From Eledone cirrhosa (lineage: Eukaryota): a DNA stretch of 64,000 nt. Below are positions 15,826-29,660 of this stretch, in pieces (within the stretch, counting starts at the first letter, position 1; each line of letters starts with the position of its first letter). A program made the position numbers and the translations under genes. The stretch is taken from assembly GCA_964016885.1 (NCBI GenBank), contig OZ024740.1:93744001-93808000 (forward strand). Reading direction: 5' to 3'. The notes beneath the pieces were generated by a model. That model saw only the letters and a program-made list of their open reading frames with translations, had not been told where the DNA came from and searched no databases.

Positions 15826-16881
15826 GAATAATCGAGTATCGAAAAATCGGCGCACGAGTTCACGATAAACAAAATTCGAGATGAGCGGCAGAGGGCTCTA
15901 TAATTCAAATAAATTAGAGCTATAACTATCGTTAAATACCGTCACACGTAGAATATGTCTACAATCAACCAAATAACCGATAAGTTCGATATGGAAGATT
16001 CGGGACACTCAGATAAATTATCAATAAATCAATAAATGAAATGAATGTAAAATGCATACCCGGACCCACTAGAGAGATGGAATATCTAGCTTCTTGGGTT
16101 TCTGTAATTCCTTAAACCGTCATCTATCAGCTCATATAAAAATATAAGACTTACAGTTGGCGGGGGACTGGAGTTACTTTATCAACGAGCTTCGTCCGAA
16201 TGGATAGAAAGACAAGACCCATGCTAAAAATACGCACATGGATTTCAGCAAGGGAGATAACCTTTATATCCGCAAAAAAATATTCGGAAAAGTGTGGCAA
16301 AAAACACATATCGAATAAGAGTGCTCAATAGACATGTTAAAATAAACAGGGGCTATTCATCATTTAATAGAATCGACAAAAAATGAACAATAAAATTAAC
16401 TGGTCAATAGCTAAATCTAGAGCTAAATATAGTGGAATAATCGAGTATCGAAAAATCGGCGCACGAGTTCACGATAAATAAAATTCGAGATGAGCGGCAG
16501 AGGGCTCTATAATTCAAATAAATTAGAGCTATAACTATCGTTAAATACCGTCACACGTAGAATATGTCTACAATCAACCAAATAACCGATAAGTTCGATA
16601 TGGAAGATTCGGGACACTCAGATAAATTATCAATAAATCAATAAATGAAATGAATGTAAAATGCATACCCGGACCCACTAGAGAGATGGAATATCTAGCT
16701 TATTGGGTTTCTGTAAATCCTTAAACCGTCATCTATCAGCTCATATAAAAATATAAGACTTACAGATGGCGGGGGACTGGAGTTACTTTATCAACGAGCT
16801 TCGTCCGAATGGATAGAAAGACAAGACCCATGCTAAAAATACGCACATGGATTTCAGCAAGGGAGATAACCTTTATATCCG
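15824..16881. repeat. 609-bp tandem repeat (~1.7 units) between (TA)n tracts
   Basis: atcgagtatcgaaaaatcgg occurs at 15831 and 16440. The copies are nearly identical. Confidence 0.92.
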
Positions 16882-17640
16882 TATATATATATATATAGTT
16901 GTGTATAATGGTGGCTATGGTGCTTCCATAGGCGGTATGTCAAAATTAGCCCTCGATATTAAGCAGAGATAAGTGTAGATAGTATAAAGTAATGAAAAAT
17001 CAGTGATGCATATGGACCCAATATATTGCGTGTTACAATTGTTTCGCAGGCAGTTAGCTCGAGACATGGTCACTGTATGGATCTGGCTGATTCCAATGCT
17101 GCAGGATCCTTCAGACACGGGCACTTCGTTCGGACAAAATTTCATCACTGGGGTGCTATCATCAAAAAACACCCTAAAAAAACCCTACTTCAACTCCTGT
17201 CACGCCATAGCTGCTTTCAATCAACGTCATCACAAGTTACGGCCAGTATCTACTGCCAAACGTGTCATCAGCCATTTTCCGTCCGACATATTACGAGGAA
17301 TCATGGTGGGTTCAGCATCTCACACGTCCGTTCACACTTCAGAGCAAGCATCCATAGATACGAATAGTCACACACATATACACACATATGCAGACCCAGA
17401 CACATTCATGCATACACACACGCACGCCTACATGCATAGACCCACCCCCATCCCCACCCACATACACACACATACACATATGTATATATACACACACACA
17501 CTCTCCCTCATTTCCATGGACCCAGTCACACCCACTTGTAGATACAAAATGCCACAAGCCACACAATGTATGTTTCTTATGTATATATATATATACAAAT
17601 ATATATATATATATATATATAATATATATATATACATATA

Positions 17641-17688
<48 letters not shown>

Positions 17689-17700
17689 TATATACATATA

Positions 17701-17781
<81 letters not shown>

Positions 17782-17851
17782 TATATATATATGCATATAT
17801 ATGTATGTATGTATGTGTATATATATTTGTGTGTATATATGCGTGTATATA

Positions 17852-17930
<79 letters not shown>

Positions 17931-17932
<2 letters not shown>

Positions 17933-18121
17933 CGAAGGAAATGTGGTAAGGAACCAGGTCGACCATAACGCACCAAATTACTCAATACTTAGGGTAGTAG
18001 AGTGGGTAATAGGAACAAGTTAGACCCCGACGGCTGAGCTCAAGCCGTGTCGACGGCTAATTCTGGACTCCAGAATTAGCCGTCGAAACGGCTTGAGCTC
18101 AGCCGTCGGGTCTAACTTGTT

Positions 18122-18126
<5 letters not shown>
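17931..18126. repeat. AACGAAGG-family copy ending in a near-perfect fold-back hairpin
   Basis: 18009-18126 is a palindrome centred on ctgga-c-tccag (18068). Confidence 0.9.
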
Positions 18127-18211
<85 letters not shown>

Positions 18212-18684
18212 ATGTATATGTGTGTGTGTGTCTGAGTGTGTGTGGGTGTGTGTATTTTGACACCTGGAATATAGCTTGAGAGAAATATGACAATAAAGTT
18301 AGATACCCAATGTTTTGAACTAGTTTATAGAATTCTCTTTGCCTTTGTCACTCTAAGTAGAGCTTTAAATTATTAGATTTTAAAGAATTTCCCTTTTCTT
18401 TAAGTACATCAATCATGAACGACCCACAGCCACCTTATATACACGTGAAATATAGGCATTGTTAGCTTAAGAGAAACTTAAAAATATGTAGTGTCACCCC
18501 ATTCTGAACCTGTTTATAGAATCCTTTCTGCCTTTGTCACTCTAAATATAAACTATAGACTTAAAGAATTAGATTTTAATGAATTCCCTTTTCTTTCAAC
18601 ATATCACCTCCACCCATACCACTCCCCACCCTCTCCTACCACCTGAAAAGATATAAATACCACCACATTTATTTTTGGAAAGCC

Positions 18685-18735
18685 AGATTCCTGATGCTTT
18701 CTAAAGAATGAAACAGTTCTAGTTCTGTAGAATCT
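18685..18735 (+). ncRNA. Type I hammerhead (A9 changed to C)
   Basis: AGATTC CTGATGC tTTCT aa AGAAt GAAA CAG ttctagtt CTG TA GAATCT. Perfect 6-bp stem I. Preceded by a diverged ~190-bp tandem (18323/18512). Confidence 0.65.
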
Positions 18736-18929
18736 CATCTATATTAAAAATGTTATACTCTGCTATGTATTGATTACCTTACTTAGTGTGGTTACTTCCG
18801 ATTCAACCCGGAAAAACTTACCTATATATATATATATGTTTATGTCTGTGTGTGTGTGTATGTATGTATGTGTATGTATGTAAGTGTGTAAACATGTATA
18901 TACACATGTACATATGTATGTATATGCGC

Positions 18930-19398
18930 GGGGATATAGAAATAGTCGGGCTGGACACCCAATCGCGGAGTTAAACCACTGGGATTGAAGGACTCCTAGC
19001 CTTTGTCAGGGTATTCTTTTAGGAGAAGGCAAGTCAGGAAACTAGGATAACTCCAATATAAAACCTGCGGCACAGTAGTTACCGATTATGTTGATCTTTT
19101 CTTCTTTTCAGGATATAGCTACTGTCGCACAGAGAGTGGGATTAGCTCGGTGCACAGTATTTCCTCACTTTAAAAAATATCTTCGCGCACAGGTATTGCA
19201 TGATATAATTAATTAATAATTATTACTAATGGTATATCGTGCAATGGCCATACTCGATAACGAGGGGGCAGCCATCTTGTATGTAAGTATGTATGGCTGG
19301 CTCGACTAAAAAGTCACACTCGTTCAGCGCATCGGTAGGGGTTCTTCTACATGGACATAAAGTAATGGCCGTACTCGAAAACGAGTTGGCGGCCACCA
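18930..19398 (+). mobile_element. Fragments related to the RTE-derived bipartite element
   Basis: agcctttgtcaggg...aggagaagg...aaacctgc 5' UTR motif, and a 3' end piece matching 19928-20026. Confidence 0.55.
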
Positions 19399-19436
19399 TG
19401 TATGTATGTATGTATGTATGTATGTATGTATGTATG

Positions 19437-20024
19437 GTGCTACTGGTAACATGTATCCCAGTACAACCTGTCTCATGGTCGGGTCGTTGGCGTCTAAACT
19501 GGCAACCCCACCAAGGTTTCTTGGTGAGGGGGGTGACTTTGGACATCCTGCAGGACTAAAAATAAAACCTGTCAAAGGGCAAAGGAGCTCTTAAGAGTCA
19601 AAGGCCATCCAAAATCACTGGGAGAGATGACCCCTTAGCCTTTATCAAGGCATAATTCTAGGAGAAGGAAAACTCTGATATAACACCTGCAACTCTGATG
19701 GTATCCAATGATGTTGACTTTTTCTTCTTTTTGGTAAATATAATCTTGGTTAAGAGAGTGAGACTGGCTTTGTGCAGTGCCTTTGCTCACTATAAAAGCT
19801 TCACGGCACAGGCATTGCTTTATATCTGGAGATCTCTCTGCACTTGTCGTCACATGGTACCATAGGCCCAGCACTATGTGTCAATAATTGTCACAGGTGT
19901 AGTGTTTGTACCAGAGTTTTCAAGTCGCTGGCTGGACTAAAGTCACATTCGTTCAGCGCATCGGTAGGGGTTCTCCTACATGGATATAAAGTAGTGGCCG
20001 TACTCGAAAACGGGTTGGCAGCCA

Positions 20025-20026
<2 letters not shown>
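19437..20026 (+). mobile_element. Non-autonomous RTE-derived bipartite element
   Basis: Homolog of 5922-6527. Encodes the remnant [20 protein letters not shown] and ends in (TA)n. Confidence 0.7.
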
Positions 20027-20094
<68 letters not shown>

Positions 20095-20099
20095 CATAC

Positions 20100-20177
<78 letters not shown>

Positions 20178-20424
20178 ATAGATAGATAGATAGATTTATA
20201 TGTATTTGCCACGAGGGCACAAAAGAAGGGGACAAATACACAGTGGGGGAGTTTACATAAATCGAGTAAAGAAAAAAGGAATAACAATAATAATATAATA
20301 ATAAAAAGTCCTCAAAAGGGAGGGGGCGTGTTGGGTATTGCACATACCCCCGAAAAGTGTGCAACCCTTTTCGCGTGGGAAGCACAGAGAGGAGGCGCTC
20401 CCCCTTTCCTCTTCAATTCTTCAC

Positions 20425-23400
20425 CTACAGAACAATGTAGAGAGAAGGCCCATTTACACGAGCCATTCTCGCTTCTTTCACCCACCTTTCATAAAACTGT
20501 CTGGGGCCAAGCACTTCTCTCTCCATCCTGATCCTTCTTCCGAAGTGGTATCGGAAGAAGTAAACCAGGTGATGGCCGGAGAGAAAGTCACCCGACCTCA
20601 GACCTTTCAGGCGCGTCCACCACACAACCTCTTTCATCATGGCTATTACGCACAGAAAGACCGCCTCTGCTTCATTTCTGAAGGGAGGAGGTGGCTTGAT
20701 GTTCACCACAGACTCGGCGGTTAATCGAATCGACGCCACACGCAACAGCAGTCGTTCGACGTAGCCCCACAGATCGGCAACGCCCGGGCAGTGTACCAGT
20801 GCATGCGCAACGGTTTCCTCGTCGCGCACGTATCTGGGACAGATCTTTTTCGCTGGATCCCTGCCCGGGCGCCCGTGTCTGTAGAGCTTTTCTCGAACGT
20901 GCAGAGCCCCCCCCCGGTAACACTGCCAGGCTAGGGACCTCTGGAAGTTGTCCATGGGTCCCGGGCCGAAAGTTCTACCGAACAGGCTGGCCAGTTCGTC
21001 CTCCTCCAATCCTAGCGACTATCCAAGGGTGTTGTCGCCCCTGCTAGCCACCAGCCCTCTATAGAATGTCGAGGTGGATTCTCCACTGACAGTCGGGTCC
21101 GCTTGCCAGATAGCCGTGAGCGCCTGGGCACACTCGGTGTGCCAGTTGCCCAGTTTTCTCGGTCTTTGCTTCACCCGGGATTGCAGCTCGGTGAGCGAGA
21201 CGAGCTGTGGAAAGGCTCGCCTCACAAACGGGGCTCACACCGGCTGACCGGTGAGGAATACCCGTCGATGCCGTAGCCTCAATGCGTGCCTACGCATCAA
21301 CAGCCACGGCATACCCAGCCCTCCTTTCGAAGGGTGCTGGCAGCAGATAGATCTCCTCACCATGGGAGGCCGCTTCTTCCAGAGGAACTGGAAGAGCATG
21401 CGTTCCATGATGGTGATCTTTTCCTTGGGACAAGGCACGACGGTCAGGCGGGAGCAGATGACGGACGCTATGTAAGCGTTCGTCACCTCCGCCCGACCTT
21501 TCAGTGATAGTTTACACTTGGCCCACTTCTGGGTCAGCGCAAACACCCTGCTCGTCACCTCGCCCCAATTCTTCTCCACCTGGAGGTCCGGTCCGAACCA
21601 GACCCCTAGCAGCTTCACCGGGCCCTCCGTCCACCGCCCGACGACACCGTCTAACGGCATCGGTTTGCCCCTCCACGTTCCGAGTTGCAAACCGACTGAC
21701 TTGTCCCGGTTCAGCCTAGCCCCCGTCAGCCTTTCGTATTCCTCCAGTAGGGTGGCGATCGCCCCGATTTCCGAGTCGTCCGCCACCATTACTGTTACGT
21801 CGTCGGCATAGGCCGAGACCGCTTTGTGCAATCCCGGTTCCAGGGGTATGCCCCGCAGCAACTCCAACTTCCGCAGTAGTGGCTCGAGAGTCAATACGTA
21901 CAGAAGGGAGGAGAGGGGGCACCCCTGTGTGATGAACCTGGTGATTTGAAACGGCTCCGAGAGGTAGCCGTTTACTTTAATCCTAGAGTAGATGTTGCCA
22001 CTGTGCATGGCAGAAATCCAGCCCCTGAAAACGGGTCCGAAGCCCGCCGCCGCTAGCACCGCATCCAGGTAACCATGGTCGACCCTATCGAACGCCTTAG
22101 ATTGATCCAAGTTGATCAGGGCCCCACCAAAGCCGGGTTCGTTGCCAACCCTCTCTATGATGAGGTGGAGGTTGTCGTGAATGGACCTGGACGGGATAGC
22201 GCATGTCTGCGCGTCTCACACCAAACCACCCACCACAAGCGCCAACCTCTTCGCCAACACCTTGGCCAAAATCTGTAACTCTGCATTCAGCAGAGTTATG
22301 GGCCTAAAGTTACTTAAGTCGTCCCCCTTGCTCTCGTCCTTCCTCACTAGCGTGACCACGCCCTTGGTCAGAGAACAGGGAATTCTCCCGTTCTGTTGCC
22401 AGTTGCAACAGACAGCCTCGAGGAGTTCAGAGAACAAGATCGGCATAGCTAAATAAAGTTCGTATGGTAGACCATCGAGACCCGTTTATTTGCGTCTGCT
22501 GCATTAGATGAGCGCTTCCCCGATTTCAGTGGCTGTGATTGGCCTTTCGCAGCACTCCGCTTCACGGTCGAAAGACGCGGTAGACCGTCGAGGTATGGAC
22601 CGAAGTCTACATCCCCGTCCGGCCCCACGCCCCCTCCGAACAGTCGAGCAAAGTGCCTTTGAAAGGCCTCGCACATCCGCTCAGGTTCAAGGATCACCCG
22701 TCCATCCTGGTCTCGCAAAGACCGAATGGTGGATTTAATCCCACTCTTGGCTTCTGTCACGCGGGCCCAGCTAACAGCTTTGGTCCCCTCGTTTCCTAAA
22801 GCACGTATTTTACTTAGGACAACGCAGCCTTCGTGCTTCGCGTCAAAGAACTGGCTCAACGCCGTTCTCGCCGGTAACACTCTGGCTACGTCTCCGCTCC
22901 TAATCGCCTCTTCTAGTTTATCTGTTAACTCCCTTTCCTTCCTATTTCTATTCGCCGCTAGTTCCTTACTGTAACCTATCGAACTTACTTTAATCTCTCT
23001 CTTTATACCCACCACCTACTGTTGACGATCGCTCCCTTCAACCGCATCTTAACTAAGCTACTAATCCGGTTCCTGTAATATTTATTTGCCGGCAAGGACA
23101 AGTTCATCTTCCAGTAACCGGGACCTTGTCTATGCGTTCACTCAAGGTTGACCACGCAGGTCACTAATTTGTGATCTGAATAGCCAACCATGATCAATTC
23201 TGGACAACTAAATACGTCCCTATCCTTACTCCTAACCAAAAAACCTATCTAGGTACGATCTACATTTCCACTGCGGTTTGCCCAGGTCCAGGTTGGCGCA
23301 GTTGGACAATCTAGTCGAAATCTATCGACCAGGTCGAATCGATCGTGTAACCCCTTGAGGCTGCTACACCCCCGTCTATCGGGACATGCCCCTGCATAGT

Positions 23401-23855
23401 CCAAACGCGCATCTAGGATTCCATTCCAGTCCCCCACTAAAAACAGGGAACGCGACGTTCCTAGAAAAGTTTCCAGACGCTGGAAGAAGTCGGCTCTTTC
23501 AGCCCCGAAGGGGGCATAAAGACGGACCAGTCTGAAAGCCCCGCCTTCACAGCCTCCGACGTCCAGCACCAGTAATCGACCTCCCGGCTCCGAGTGAACA
23601 ATATGTACGTCGAGAGCCAGACGTTTATCCAGCAGTACGGCAACTCCCCCCCCCCCCCGCTCCGGGTTGACAGAGAGATGCGTACACCTCAAAGTCATCG
23701 AAGGCGGGAGCCAGCTGTCGCACGCTGCTGATCCGACTCTCGCAAACAACCATCACATCTATATTTCGTGACCTGAGGTCACTTAGTAGCTTTGCTTGCT
23801 TCCAAGCTGAGCCCAGGCCACGCGCGTTCAAACAGCCAACTCTCAATTGATCTAT
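20425..23855 (-). pseudogene. Tx1 ORF2 (APE-RT), frameshifted
   Basis: LNARGL, VGDWNGILD, NFRPITLLNAE, DQSKAFDRVDH, QGCPLSSLLY, AYADD, CP...EETVAHALVHC. Confidence 0.92.
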
Positions 23856-24360
23856 TTTGGTGTTGAAAGTGAAGAAAGAAAAGCACCTACCTCTCCGGGT
23901 TGTGTAATTTCCATGGCATCAGGTGTGTTGGGTGGAGGGATGGTTTGTGGTGGTGTGGGGGTACCCGAGGTGGTGGGGTTGGGGTGTTTGGAGTTGTGTC
24001 AGGGAGAGGGGAGGTTATGGGGAAATGTTTCAAGTGGACGCGATTTAACGGTTTAAAAAAAGGGGGGGGGGGTCACGTCCTGTCTAAATTGTTCTTTTAA
24101 GGAACGATAAAGGTCCAGAGGGACCTTTATCATTTTTAAATGGGTGAAGTTCTCTGTTGAGATAAAGTTTGGCCCTTCGGTCTGCACCAAAGGGCTATTG
24201 TTTATTAATTTAAACATTTTTTTGTTTTCTTTATTTATATATGTGTATTGCAATGTTTTTTTTTGTGATGCTGTCAATGTTTCGGATAGGGGAGGCGCAG
24301 ATTTATTTTTGTCTGTTGAGGGTGGGGTGTTTTTGATTGGAGTTGGTGTTTGTGTGTGGG

Positions 24361-25652
24361 TTATTTGTGGTGTGCTGGGTGTGTGCTTTCTTTTTTTTCT
24401 TTTAACTTGTCTGAAGGCTTCTCCTCCTTCTTCTTCAGAAGTTGGGGGAAACTCTTCAGCGCTAGGTGGGAGGGACGTCGTGTCTGGTTGTTTTTTTTTG
24501 CGGGAGGGGTAGATTTGTTGCTGTTTTTTTTATTATTTGTTTGGAATGCGTTTTGTGGTGGTGATGTTTGTGTCGTGCTTGTGGTTGGTAATGGTGGTGG
24601 TGATGTTTGTGTTTTGGTTGGTGATGGTGGTGGTGATTTTTGTGTCGTGCTTGTGATTGGTGCTGGTGGTGGTGATGTTTGTGTTGTGCTTGTGGTTGGT
24701 GGTGTCTGTATTTTGTTTGCTGTGTGTGGTATTAGTGCATTTTTGGAGGTGGGTGGTGTTGGTGTACTGTTTGTGGTGGGTGTGGGCAATAGTCCTTTTG
24801 GGGGCATACGTTTCGGGCAGTTAGCCTTAACGTGTCCCCTTTCCGTGCTGGTCTTCTCCCCTCTACAATTATATCTATTGGGGTGAGGTCATCCAGCCAG
24901 ATGCGATCCGGGATTTGTGCTATTCTTTCGGGCCTCATTTGGACTAGTAGGTCGAGGCCCATTCCCAGGAACGCATCTCCGGATGCCTTCCCCATTGACA
25001 GCACATGTCTATGAAGCCAGAAGTCCATTGTGGGCAGCATTGTTTGTACTTTTACTCTCTGTGTTCTTCTACCCATGTAGGAGGGATAGAAGCTGTATGT
25101 TGTCGATGAGAGTGCGCTTAGGGAAAGCTTCTGCGCCGTTTCCTTGTCTTTTGTTAAGACCGAAATGCTGCCATAGAGTCGGTCCTTTCGTATGAAGAGA
25201 ATATTCTTCATATAGTCTTCTAGGACCAACTCTATCTCCATTTGGCTGGGCTGTGCTGGCTTTCTCGTTTGGCTTAATATTGTTCTGAAGAGAACTGTGC
25301 TCTCTGTTCTGGCTTTCTTGAATTCTAGGGGGGGGGGGTTAATGGAAAACATTCTGTTCTCCCCCAAAACAATGTGTTTCTTTGCTTCGGCCAGTTTTTC
25401 TCTGGCGGCAGTTAAGTCTATTGGTGTATATGTTATGGACTGTTTTGTTTTCTGGGCGAAAGTTGCCTTGTTGTTATTTGTATTATTATTTTCTGTTTGT
25501 TTGTTTTCCGTTTGCTCATTTTCCGTAACATTTGTTTTTTCATTTTCCTTGTTTGTTTCGTTGTCTAATTTTGTTGTATTTATTTTTTGTTCTTCAGACT
25601 TGGGGGGCGTGGCAGAGCTAATGGCAGACATGTCTGCTATCTTTTCCGCCAT
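24361..25652 (-). pseudogene. Tx1 ORF1, frameshifted, with Pro/Thr-rich tail
   Basis: 306-aa ORF upstream of ORF2 (IIVEGRRP). A broken zinc knuckle (HVKANCPK) lies in the alternate frame. Confidence 0.75.
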
Positions 25653-26299
25653 GCTGCCAAGAAAGAAATTTTACAGCAAAATAGATATTTATTTTACCCC
25701 CTAAAAAGGGGGTAAATGTAAAAATGTTTCCCTAAATAACAGGGGTTAGTGTTCCAAATGTGTTGCACTGAAAAATGTATCTGGTACTTACTATACTAAG
25801 GGTTAATTCCGATGGAATAGCGGAGCCGATGTGAAGCGTGTCTTACTCTATCAAGATAGATAGATAGTTATACGTAGATGCATGTTTGTATTTAACATGT
25901 AGAATCTATTTGAACAAATTAAACTAATTTGTACAACGTACATTTTATTTGTCAGCATAATTAAGTGAATAATAAATAATTATGCTAGATACCACCGTAT
26001 AAAAGTTGATTTAATTTAGATACAACATACATATAAGTAAATTAATAATCATACTATTGCATCATATATGTATTTTTGAATATTCTTTCATTGGAATTAT
26101 GGTAATGAATATCAAGAATTCTATAAATATTTCTCTCTCAGCAAATTTGTCTCATTATATTATCATTAGCATATTGCTTCAAGATTAAATCCTTTAACAT
26201 TGAACGATGAGTCTATACTGAACATCGAAAGATAATGTAAACCATTAGGCTTAAATAATCTCAACAATTTCAAATATCAGCGATATATTTTATTTATTA

Positions 26300-26909
26300 C
26301 TAGCAGTGGTACCCGGCGTTGCACGGGATAATGTATTTTGGAACGCCGGCTGCCAACAGACCTAATAGTGGAAAAACTGCATGCCTCGACAATATGTAAA
26401 GACAATAAACTGAATACTCTGATGGCTGGATAATCTTTAATATTTTCCTCGATGAAACAGAAAAAAATGCAGGTTTTCACCTAATGCGGGCCCTAGGGGA
26501 TGAAGAAAATGAATTTTTTTGATGTGCATAACATACCCTGAAATTTCGGTAAAATTGGCTAGAAAATTGCCTCAAAAAAGCCCTAAAAAGCTGAAGAAAT
26601 GAAGTTGTTCACCTAATGCGGGCCCTATCCATAAGAAAAGTTGGATTTCCTTTTCTCACGGTATGAAGAAGAGACTGACTAATACATAGTTTCAATTTCA
26701 AGGAAATCGGTCTGAGGTAACGCCTCAAAGAAACCCTAAAAGGATGAAAAAAAGCAGTTGTTCACCTAATGCCGTCCCTTGAGATCAAAAAGTTGAATGT
26801 ATGTGCATAACACTTCCTGAAACATAAGTAATACACATGTAAAGTTTGAAAAAAATCGGTTGGGTACTTCCCGAGTTTTAGGGATTCAAACTCACAAAGA
26901 CACACACAT

Positions 26910-26992
<83 letters not shown>

Positions 26993-27294
26993 TGGACAGT
27001 AATCCTCACGGGAGTGATGTAGTGCAGAAAGCCAGATATTACAATGGTGCGACGTTATATGTATGTGTCTATCTAAAATGAGAACGACTAAGCAAGATAG
27101 CGAGAGATCGCTAAATCGTCTAATGCGGTCCCTAGAGCCTATGAATAATTGACAGTTTTTGCTCAAAATACTCCCTGAAATATAAGTATTACATGTGTAA
27201 AGTTTGAAAAAAGTCGGTTTTGTGGTTGTCGAGTTTTAGGGATTCAAACTCACACACACACACAGACAGACCTCCTCAGTTTTATATATAAAGA
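26300..27294 (-). mobile_element. Non-autonomous Helitron-like element with (CA)n and internal subrepeats
   Basis: Minus strand starts TCTTTATATATAAA and ends CCCGtgcaacgcCGGG hairpin...CTAG|T. ctaatgcgg(g/t)ccct-like subrepeats at ~26481, 26613, 26765 and 27120. Confidence 0.7.
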
Positions 27295-28429
27295 ATAGGT
27301 TATCATTTCATGTATGAATAAAATACTCGTCAGTTAATGTTACATTGATTTAATAACTGATCAAATGTTTACGCAATACCAGATCATCCAAAATGATTCG
27401 AGGTATTACCAGGAGGAGTATTCTTGATTCGTGGGCGTCTCTTCACATGACTTTTTATTGTATGTTCTACGTGATATTTGGAAAAGAGATATGTTTTGAC
27501 ATGGAATATTTATTTGTTTAACCTAGTATTTGTATTCTGATAAAGGATCTTAAGTTGAAATCAATAAATGTGGGTGTCGGACTCCATGAATTGTTCTACC
27601 AACTCTCATGTCCAAAATGTTCATGAACATTCTTGACAAGCACCGTATGTATTGAAGAGTCAAGAAAATCGTTAGGTAATTCAGTTGGGTGGAATTTCAG
27701 ACGCTGATCTCCGATATGAACTTCATTGTTTCGCAGTCGAATACTCCACTGCAAGTACAAATATCAATTCACGTCCTCTCAAGTGAGTATGTAAGGTGCC
27801 CTAATCATTTGAATTGAATTACACTGAATGATGAGAAGAATATTAAGTCTATCCATGAAGTTTGCTCGATTGATGGGATCGGCATGCTTATTTAAATAGT
27901 ATAATTGGTGGAGTAGTGGAGTAATGGAGAGTGTTAGAACTGGTTCATGAGCAGAATCAAAGTATAGGTACCAGCTCATCTCGCAAAATGCAATTGAAAG
28001 TTCATGCATAACCGTACCTTTTATAATGTATATATCGCATATATGTAGCCGAATTAATGTTCCCCGGAAACGTTATCGAGTAACGCTGTTAAATTAGACT
28101 GCTGGAGCCGCTGCCTCTGCAAATTGAGAGGTCCCTTCTCCCGGACAAGGAATCTGTAGCTGGAGTGTCTAAAGAAATAATCGTCTATGACGATAACCTA
28201 GATGAACAAGGCTATTCTGGTTTAGGGATCATTCCGGAAGTCGTGTTTTAGGAATCTACTCTCGTCATTCACAGTAATATGTGAGGGGCGAATATGAAGA
28301 AAGACAAAAAGGAGAAAAGTAAGGAGAAGCAGCAGAAAAAGAAGAAGAGGAAGAAGAAGAATAAGATTTCGACTGGGGCATTATTACCTCCAACACTGCA
28401 TGAGTAAATGAATTGTAAATATTCGTAAT

Positions 28430-29660
28430 ATTTGATAGGTTGACAGTCTCAGTTTTCCCAGGACTAATTTTCATTCCAGCCATGGAGCACTCAGGAACAG
28501 ACCTATGTAGTGCAAGTCGAAGATCATTTTCTGTCATGTTATGTAACACCATAACGTTTCCAAATTCCAGCCGACATTTTTCCATCAGGCAGCCGTGATA
28601 CAACTTCCAACATGGCTGCGCATGTCTATCTTGTTCATGTATTTAGATAGGGTTCGCCATTCCTTCTAATCGCTCATTTCAATGTCAAGTGGTCAGTGCC
28701 GATATATGCATTTAATTATTTTCATGTAACGTAGAAGTGACTTCATCAAAGAATGGGCTGTATTCTTACACTAAGTTTAGTTTCATAAACTTGCTCTACC
28801 ATCAGAGACCTATGTTTCAGCCTACGCTTCAGTGGGGAACCCACCCTCCTAATGGAATCCAGCCTATGCCTATTGTCACTGAAGGGAGCTTGTGAGTAAT
28901 CCCATTCCCGCCTATGCAGTCATTTCTATTGCGCCACACATGAAGAATTGAGTTTCCATCCACCATCGAATTCTACAGTATCAGAGAAAAGGGGCTTTCT
29001 TGAAGAAGCCCCGACTATATCTAACCCGTGGCATATATCCCCCTCTACTAGCTCTGACTTCTTATCTGTAAGGCATATGATGTTTCAGGTTCCAATTGGC
29101 AAGGTTTGCTCCGTTCTGGACATTCTTTGGTGTCTGGGCTTACGTGATGTTCGTGCGTCAGCCCCAGACCTCCCAGAACAAGTCGTACACCCATCGTCAG
29201 TCTATGTGGAATGATATGCAAACTGCAATATATTTCTCGAATAGACCGCTCTACCGATGGCCGGAACGCGTCAATTGTTAACGCTCGCAAAGTACGATGC
29301 GGTACGGTTCAATTTTGTTCCTCTAACCATGTTTTAGTTGCTGTCTCGTTTATCATATTAGCACCAGAACCAATCTGTTTATTATCAATATCGCGAAGCC
29401 TATATTTATTTAGAGGTGTGCCATAACAACGTCACTAGGATCTGAGAGTATTCTGAGAGTGTTCTGGGGCCTGAGTGTGCCACCCAATACTCTATCGCCC
29501 CTACATGTTTACCGCTGTTGCGGCAGGGGTTCCATATCCTTCCGGCAGGTGCCGGCTTATGTCACATTTATCCATCATATCTGGTGGCCGTATTGCTATG
29601 TACCACCTGCGAACCGTTCTCTAGCATAAGAGGCTTGCCCAGTATCTTCACGATTCTGAA
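28430..29660 (-). mobile_element. Decayed, internally deleted RTE (Expander/BovB-like) element
   Basis: APE N-terminus WNL..TDKKSELVE..DIVG.SS.K..DTVEFDGGWKL and RT piece DLRLAL...ECSMAGMKISPGKTE. Confidence 0.6.

Larger units (their letters stand above)
20190..25852 (-). mobile_element. Full-length Tx1/L1-clade LINE, family A, decayed
   Basis: ORF1 plus ORF2 (APE, RT, C-terminal C/H motif). L1-like 5' start gagtaagacacg. AAGATAGATAGATAG on both flanks (20175, 25853). Confidence 0.92.

Noticed and set aside
17200-17275. CTGATGA...GAAA on minus strand
   Set aside because: Stems I and II do not close around the core. Region 16900-17340 is left unassigned.
26470-27140. Spaced repeats resembling a CRISPR array
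   Set aside because: Degenerate ~130-150 bp subrepeats inside a Helitron-like element. Eukaryotic context and no cas genes.
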